Source: Candidatus Latescibacterota bacterium (GTDB lineage: Bacteria; Latescibacterota; UBA2968). From it: a stretch of DNA of 12,846 bases. Position 1 is the stretch's first letter; every line of letters starts with the position of its first letter. Below the pieces are notes generated by a model, which worked only from the letters and a program-made list of their open reading frames with translations, had not been told where the DNA came from and did not search any database. Location: positions 1 to 12,846 of the forward strand of contig JAYODI010000119.1 in assembly GCA_038279365.1 (NCBI GenBank), in the 5' to 3' direction. This document shows positions 7,551 through 12,846 of this stretch, in pieces. The position numbers and the translations under genes are program-made.

Positions 7551-8411
7551 TTATCGGGTGTGATATTTGCCCAAATATTTAAAGAAATCGCTGCTTGGTG
7601 GCAAAACCACAGTGGTACCTGTCGTGAGTGTTTTTTCATATGTCTCAAGCGTACGCACAAATTCGTAAAACTTGGGATCTTGCTGAAAAGCTTCGGCATA
7701 AATCCGAAGTGCTTCAGCATCCCCTTCACCTCGAATCAGCTGTGCCTTTTGAAAGGCATCGGAGGTTAAGCGCGTAACAGCCAAGTCCGTTTCGGCACGA
7801 ATTTTGGTTGCGGCTTCTTCACCTTCGGCTCGATATTCTTTGGCCTGGCGTGAACGCTCTGCTTTCATACGATCAAACACATTGGCCTTATTTTCTCTGG
7901 GCAAGTCGGCCCGTTTAATACGCACATCTAAAATATCAATGCCCAAAGCCTCGGCAGAGGCACGAGAACGCATCGTAACCGTATCCATAATGGCCTGACG
8001 GTGCGTCGATACAATCTCAACCAATGTGCGTTGCCCCAACTCTTCACGAACAGCCGAATAAATAATATCGTCCAAACGCGATTGTGCATTGGCCACACTC
8101 TGCACGGATACCAAAAACTTCAAAGGATCAATAATCCGCCACCGTGCATAATTATCTACAATCAAATTCTTTTTATCTTGTGTATAAATTTGAGCGGGTT
8201 CAGCATCGCTATACAACAAACGATCATCAAACGTGTGCAAATGTTGAATAAATGGAATTTTAAAATTTAAACCCGGTTCTTGAATCGTATTCACGGGTTC
8301 ACCCAATTGCGTTACCACAACCTGCTCGCGCTCATCAACAATAAACATGGCAGAATCGGCCAAAACGGCCACAGCCACCAACAAAACGACAAGTGTTACC
8401 ACTCCGCGCAT
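7551..8411 (-). CDS. hflC: Protease modulator HflC (SPFH domain)
   Basis: N-terminal TM, PGLNFKIPFIQ, DKKNLIVDNYARWRIIDPL, DVRIKRADLP, RMKAER, RAEGEE, GEGDAEA, FYEFVRTLETY; directly after hflK. Confidence 0.96.
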   Translation of the reverse strand: MRGVVTLVVLLVAVAVLADSAMFIVDEREQVVVTQLGEPVNTIQEPGLNFKIPFIQHLHTFDDRLLYSDAEPAQIYTQDKKNLIVDNYARWRIIDPLKFLVSVQSVANAQSRLDDIIYSAVREELGQRTLVEIVSTHRQAIMDTVTMRSRASAEALGIDILDVRIKRADLPRENKANVFDRMKAERSRQAKEYRAEGEEAATKIRAETDLAVTRLTSDAFQKAQLIRGEGDAEALRIYAEAFQQDPKFYEFVRTLETYEKTLTTGTTVVLPPSSDFFKYLGKYHTR

Positions 8412-8412
8412 A

Positions 8413-9387
8413 TTATTTACCCCCTACCGATGGATTTTGCATTTGTAACACATTCAACAGCCCACCCTTGCCATCTGTATCGACAATGAACTTTTGCATG
8501 CCCGGAAGAATCTTTTCCATCGTTTCCAAAAACAACCGTGTCTCTGTCACGTCTTTGGCCTTGCGATATTCTTTTAAAACGGTCAAAAAGCGATCTGCAT
8601 CACCTTGTGCACGTTTCACACGCTCCACTTTATACGCTTCGGCTTCACGCAACATCTTTTCGGCTTCACCACGCGTTCTTGGAATAATATCATTTTGATA
8701 GGCTTCGGCTTCGTTCTTCAACCGTTCACGATCTTCACGCGCACTGGCCACATCTTTAAATGCAAAATCCACTTCTTGCGGCACAGACACCGTTTGCAAT
8801 TTGGCTTGCTCAACGCGCACACCCATCTCATACAAATCTAAAACACCTTGAATTTGCGTTTGAATTTCTTCCTGAATTTGAAGCTTACCTTCTGTGAGGG
8901 CTTCATCAATGGTATGTTGCCCAATCACTTGCCTGAGTGCTGCTTCGGCCACATCGTGAATCGCCTTGGGTTGCTCGCGCACATTAAACAAATAATTTTC
9001 GACATCGCGAATGCGATACTGCACAATCAATTCCACATCGGCAATATTTTCATCACCCGTTAACATCACAGCTTCTGCCGCAACCTTTTGGTAGCGTGGC
9101 GTTGGGCTTGCACTAATGGTGCGAAATCCGATTTCGAGCCGTTTCACCTCCGACACCCGTTCGATCTCGACCCGTTCAATAGGTGCTGGCAAATGGTAAT
9201 GCAATCCTGGGCTCGATTGGCCAACAGATTTGCCAAAACGAAAAACCACGGCTTGTTCAGCGGGTTGCACCACATAAATACCACTGGCAAACCAAAGCAG
9301 TAACAATGCGATGAGGCCATAGTACACCATATTGGGATTAAACTTCAAATCGAAGTTTGGACGGTTTGGAAATTGATACTCCTGCAT
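8413..9387 (-). CDS. hflK: Protease modulator HflK (SPFH domain)
   Basis: TM then SGIYVV, PGLHYHLPAPIE, MLTGDENI, AFKDVASARED, EAEAY, IIPRTRGEA, AQGDADRF, RLFLETME. SD AGGAGG upstream. Confidence 0.96.
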   Translation of the reverse strand: MQEYQFPNRPNFDLKFNPNMVYYGLIALLLLWFASGIYVVQPAEQAVVFRFGKSVGQSSPGLHYHLPAPIERVEIERVSEVKRLEIGFRTISASPTPRYQKVAAEAVMLTGDENIADVELIVQYRIRDVENYLFNVREQPKAIHDVAEAALRQVIGQHTIDEALTEGKLQIQEEIQTQIQGVLDLYEMGVRVEQAKLQTVSVPQEVDFAFKDVASAREDRERLKNEAEAYQNDIIPRTRGEAEKMLREAEAYKVERVKRAQGDADRFLTVLKEYRKAKDVTETRLFLETMEKILPGMQKFIVDTDGKGGLLNVLQMQNPSVGGK

Positions 9388-9401
9388 CGGCTTACACCTC
9401 C

Positions 9402-10364
9402 TTAATCATCAGCCAAACCCAATGCGCGCTCTTCGGGTTTTAAAAATTGACCGATTTGGCTTATACCATCAATACCACGCAAACAAACATTAATACCCGC
9501 CACGCGATTTGCGAATTGGCAAGCAATGTCTTGATTATTCGATTGCAAAAATGCCCAGGTAAAACCCATTAAAAATGTATCTCCACATCCCGTTTCATCT
9601 TGGGGTTCACCCACTGGCACGGGTGCATACCACTTAACCTGTAATGTCCCATCAGCGTTTTGACAAAAGGTTTGTGACCCGCGCACATTGCGTGTGAGCA
9701 TTAATGTGGTAGGCCCCAAAGTGAGCACCTTTTCGGCAAACCGCAAGGTGGCCTGATCTTCTGCCAAAGATTCATCGGCCAACAAAGCACCTTCTTGTTC
9801 ATTCATTTGCACCACATCCACACACCCCACCCACCGCTCCCATTCAGGGGGCACGCGCCAAAAACGACGCCGATTTTCATCCATGCCCAATGTGAGGCTG
9901 TGTACATCCATCAACAAAAGCCCTTTGGCAGCCTTGCGAACCTGCTCGGCCGTTTCAAGTGCCAACTCCATACCCGTAATAAAGTTGAAGCAAATGGCAT
10001 CACAATCTAAAAAGGGTTGAATTTGTGCAAATGTAATTTGAGGCACATCATTTTGCAGGGTTTCTTGTTTGTGTCCTTCTGTGTTGTATTCCAAAAAACA
10101 ATGTGGGTTTTTGCCCGGCACAAACGTAATCCCATCAAACTTTACTTGTGGATACGGTGCCAACTTTTCGCGCACCACACTTTCCATATCGGCACCCACA
10201 TTGCATATGGGATAGATAGAGGCTTCAGGGGAAGCAATTTCGGCCAAAGCCAAAATGCTATACAAAAGCCCACCATAACTTTCTGTGGTCACACCATCGG
10301 GCGTATGAATCGTATCGCGGTTGATTGTGCCCAACAATGCAATACGCGTGTTACTTTTCAACAT
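9402..10364 (-). CDS. PfkB/ribokinase-family carbohydrate or nucleoside kinase, substrate unknown
   Basis: N-terminal GTINRD and YGG, VGAD, NxxE (QMNEQE), anion-hole motif DETGCGDTF, C-terminal FAN..AG. SD GGAGAGGG upstream. Confidence 0.9.
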   Translation of the reverse strand: MLKSNTRIALLGTINRDTIHTPDGVTTESYGGLLYSILALAEIASPEASIYPICNVGADMESVVREKLAPYPQVKFDGITFVPGKNPHCFLEYNTEGHKQETLQNDVPQITFAQIQPFLDCDAICFNFITGMELALETAEQVRKAAKGLLLMDVHSLTLGMDENRRRFWRVPPEWERWVGCVDVVQMNEQEGALLADESLAEDQATLRFAEKVLTLGPTTLMLTRNVRGSQTFCQNADGTLQVKWYAPVPVGEPQDETGCGDTFLMGFTWAFLQSNNQDIACQFANRVAGINVCLRGIDGISQIGQFLKPEERALGLADD

Positions 10365-10384
10365 AGGTCAGGTTCCCTCTCCAT

Positions 10385-10420
10385 AAAAAATGCGACATCC
10401 ACTTAACTTGAGATGCCGCA
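10385..10420 (-). terminator. Intrinsic terminator-like hairpin downstream of recG and upstream of pfkB
   Basis: Minus strand: TGCGGCATC-(12 nt)-GATGTCGCA-TTTTTT, a 9-bp stem with one G-U and a U6 tract. Confidence 0.7.
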
Positions 10421-10422
10421 CC

Positions 10423-10451
10423 AATCTACCATAATAAATATAGGGTGTCAA
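10423..10451 (-). promoter_or_regulatory. sigma70-type promoter for the pfkB-hflK-hflC-peptidase-coaE-gcvPA-gcvPB run
   Basis: Minus strand: TTGACA (10451-10446), 17 bp, TAGATT (10428-10423), with an extended -10 TGn (TGG). Confidence 0.8.
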
Positions 10452-10514
10452 CCGCAATCGCCCCAAAGACAACCACCTGTGGAATGGATTCTCGAATAGG
10501 TTGAATAAACCTTT

Positions 10515-12608
10515 TCACCCCGCTTCAACCACTTGCAAATCACCCCATGCAATGGCCGCCAACGCCTGTCGCAAAAGATCATATGCTTTGAGCTCCACAT
10601 CTTCCCCCAACAACTGCTGGGCTTCGCGCCGAGCCAAGGCCACCACCTCCACATCTTTTGCCAAATCAGCAAAGCGAAATTCCGGAAAACCCGCCTGCCG
10701 TGTGCCAAAAATTTGCCCAGGGCCACGAATCTTCAAATCGACCTCAGAAATCTCAAACCCATCGGTTGTTTGCGCCATTGCATCCAATCGCTCTTTGGCC
10801 TCGCCCGATAAATGTTCTTGTGGGTCAGCAATCAAAATGCAATAAGACGCGTGTTCCCCACGCCCCACCCGCCCGCGCAATTGATGCAACTGAGACAAGC
10901 CAAATCGCTCGGCATGTTCCACCATCATGACCGTGGCATTGGGCACATCCACACCCACCTCAATCACTGTGGTGGCCACCAACACTTGCAATTCACCCTG
11001 TCGAAACGCCTGCATCACCGCTTCTTTTTCTTCGCTTTTCATCCGCCCGTGCAACAACCCCAACCGCAAATCGGAAAGCGCACCCAATGACAAATCTTCA
11101 AACGCCTCCGTGGCCGCCTTCAAATCGCTCTTGCCCGATTCTTCCACCAATGGATATACAATATAGGCTTGTCGCCCTTGTGCCACTTCACTTTTCACAA
11201 ATTGCAACGCCTTTGCCCTATCAGCAGCCAAACGCCACCCCGTTTTCACCGACTCACGCCCTGGTGGCAGTTCATCCAAAATTGTCACATCCAAATCGCC
11301 ATACAAAGTTAATGCCAATGAACGTGGAATAGGTGTGGCCGTCATCACCAACAAATGTGCATCTTTTCCCTTTTCGCGCAAAATAGCCCGCTGAGACACA
11401 CCAAATCGGTGCTGTTCATCGACCACCACCAAACCCAAATCGGCAAACAGCACCTCTTCTTGCAACAGCGCGTGTGTGCCTATTAATATAGACACCGTAT
11501 TGGACAACAACCCAGTCAAAATCTCTCTCCGAGCCACAGCACGTGTGCGCCCCGTTAACAGCCTCACGTCCAAACCCAACGGCTCGACCAAGTTGCGAAT
11601 GGTATTGGCGTGTTGTTCGGCCAAAATTTCGGTGGGGGCCATCAAAGCCGCTTGGCACCCCGCATCAACCGCCGCCAACATTGCCAACAAAGCCACCAGC
11701 GTTTTGCCCGAACCCACATCGCCTTGCAACAACCGATGCATGGCCACAGGCCGCGTCAAATCTTTCCCAATTTCTGCAGCCGACCGCTTTTGCGCCCCCG
11801 TTAATTCAAATGGCAAACGCGCCAACATCTTTTGCGCCAAATCACCATGAGGCCGCAACACACGCCCCGGCGTTTTTTCACGCGCCTTTTGCATTTGCCC
11901 CAAATAAAGCTGAATGTAAAAAATCTCATCAAATGCCAAGCGCCCGCGCGCCATATCCACATCGACAAATGCATCGGGAAAATGCACCTTCTCAATGGCC
12001 TCACGCAACCCCATTAACCCACATCGTTCACGAATCTGGTCTGGCAAAGGATCTACTATTTCATGGCCCACCGTATCTAACGCTGCAAACAACAACCTGC
12101 GCAGAGCACGCGCCGTTAGGCGATCAGACTTCATCTTGGCCGTTGTGTTATAAAGCGGAATAATGCGCCCCGTGTGCAACCGCTGTTCTGCATCATCCCC
12201 AGAAGCCAACACCTCCACCTCGGGGTGCGTCATTTGCAACTTGCCCCCAAAACGAGACAACTTGCCCCCCAAAGCCACCAAATCGCCCGCTTCATAAGCC
12301 CCACGAAAATACTGATACCCACCAAACCACGTTGCAAACGCCTTTCCCGTATCGTCTTCCACCGTCATCACAAACCGACGCCGTTTGCCCGGAATCGTTT
12401 CCATGGCCGTAATTTCACCCACCACCGTCACTTCCACATCCAAGGGCAATTTCGCAATGCCCACTTCCGTGGTGCGATCTATATACCGATAAGGCAAATA
12501 CAAAAGCAAATCACCCACCGTTTCAATGCCCACACTCTCAAGCAACTTTTCGCGCTTAAGGCCAATGCCCGGCAAGGTGCGCAACGGCTGATTCAAATTG
12601 GATAACAT
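10515..12608 (-). CDS. recG: ATP-dependent DNA helicase RecG
   Basis: Wedge-domain start (DLLLYLPYRYID), RLAFDE, LPFELTGAQ, RLLQGDVGSGKT, DEQHRFGV, MTATPIPRSL, ATTVIEVGVDVPNA, GLSQLHQLRGRVGRG, DLKIRGPG. ATG at 12608 preferred over TTG at 12635, which lies only a few nt from the predicted transcription start. Confidence 0.97.
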   Translation of the reverse strand: MLSNLNQPLRTLPGIGLKREKLLESVGIETVGDLLLYLPYRYIDRTTEVGIAKLPLDVEVTVVGEITAMETIPGKRRRFVMTVEDDTGKAFATWFGGYQYFRGAYEAGDLVALGGKLSRFGGKLQMTHPEVEVLASGDDAEQRLHTGRIIPLYNTTAKMKSDRLTARALRRLLFAALDTVGHEIVDPLPDQIRERCGLMGLREAIEKVHFPDAFVDVDMARGRLAFDEIFYIQLYLGQMQKAREKTPGRVLRPHGDLAQKMLARLPFELTGAQKRSAAEIGKDLTRPVAMHRLLQGDVGSGKTLVALLAMLAAVDAGCQAALMAPTEILAEQHANTIRNLVEPLGLDVRLLTGRTRAVARREILTGLLSNTVSILIGTHALLQEEVLFADLGLVVVDEQHRFGVSQRAILREKGKDAHLLVMTATPIPRSLALTLYGDLDVTILDELPPGRESVKTGWRLAADRAKALQFVKSEVAQGRQAYIVYPLVEESGKSDLKAATEAFEDLSLGALSDLRLGLLHGRMKSEEKEAVMQAFRQGELQVLVATTVIEVGVDVPNATVMMVEHAERFGLSQLHQLRGRVGRGEHASYCILIADPQEHLSGEAKERLDAMAQTTDGFEISEVDLKIRGPGQIFGTRQAGFPEFRFADLAKDVEVVALARREAQQLLGEDVELKAYDLLRQALAAIAWGDLQVVEAG

Positions 12609-12645
12609 AAAAATACCATCAGGAAAAGGATTCAAAGGTCACGCG

Positions 12646-12674
12646 AATATAGCCACGGCCCTTAAAACCGTCAA
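12646..12674 (-). promoter_or_regulatory. sigma70-type promoter for recG
   Basis: Minus strand: TTGACG (12674-12669), 17 bp, TATATT (12651-12646). Confidence 0.7.
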
Positions 12675-12717
12675 GAAACTGCGCTCAACCAGAACAATCC
12701 TGTTTCAAAACTTCACC

Positions 12718-12768
12718 TTGAACTGCTCCAAATATATATGTATATTTATATGGTTCATTATATGTATA
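12718..12768 (+). promoter_or_regulatory. sigma70-type promoter and putative operator repeats for the brnT toxin-antitoxin unit
   Basis: TTGAAC (12718-12723), 17 bp, TATATT (12741-12746), overlapped by TATATG at 12735, 12747 and 12759. Confidence 0.65.
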
Positions 12769-12782
12769 AAAGGGTAAGCCTC

Positions 12783-12846
12783 ATGAATTTTGAATGGGAC
12801 ACTAAAAAAGATCACATCAACCAAGATAAACACAATGTCTCATTTG
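12783..12846 (+). CDS. brnT: BrnT-family ribonuclease toxin (type II TA), 5' part only, runs off the right edge
   Basis: Not in the ORF track. ATG 12783 reads MNFEWDTKKDHINQDKHNVSF, matching the BrnT N-terminal signature F-E-W-D-x-x-K-x-x-x-N-x-x-K-H-x-x-x-F. Purine-rich AAGGG upstream. Confidence 0.88.
   Translation, partial: MNFEWDTKKDHINQDKHNVSF

Noticed and set aside
11543..12163. 206-aa + strand ORF and the other antisense or alternative-frame ORFs inside the assigned genes
   Set aside because: Shadow ORFs of well-supported genes, with biased composition and no recognisable motifs.
12609..12635. TTG start for recG
   Set aside because: It lies about 5 nt from the predicted transcription start with no SD; ATG 12608 fits better, though this is not proven.

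Overview
Bacterial chromosomal window, mostly housekeeping. On the + strand: the 3' end of an unknown gene, a terminator, then a two-gene unit encoding an NAD-type SDR oxidoreductase and a Tet-RPP/EF-G-like translational GTPase with non-canonical domain IV loops. On the - strand, converging on a bidirectional terminator at ~3166-3196: recG, then (from an internal sigma70-type promoter) a PfkB kinase, hflK, hflC, a membrane-anchored HExxH peptidase, coaE, gcvPA and gcvPB. The right edge holds a divergent promoter with 12-bp-periodic repeats and the start of a BrnT-family toxin gene. The least explained parts are the RPP-like GTPase and its SDR partner, the ~200 bp behind the GTPase (8-bp tandem repeat, alternative-folding triloop hairpins, a pas/ssi-like motif, a long T tract), a promoter that initiates inside a terminator hairpin upstream of pfkB, and the hflKC-peptidase linkage. 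No complete new system can be demonstrated from the sequence alone. All family assignments are from motif recognition, not database searches.
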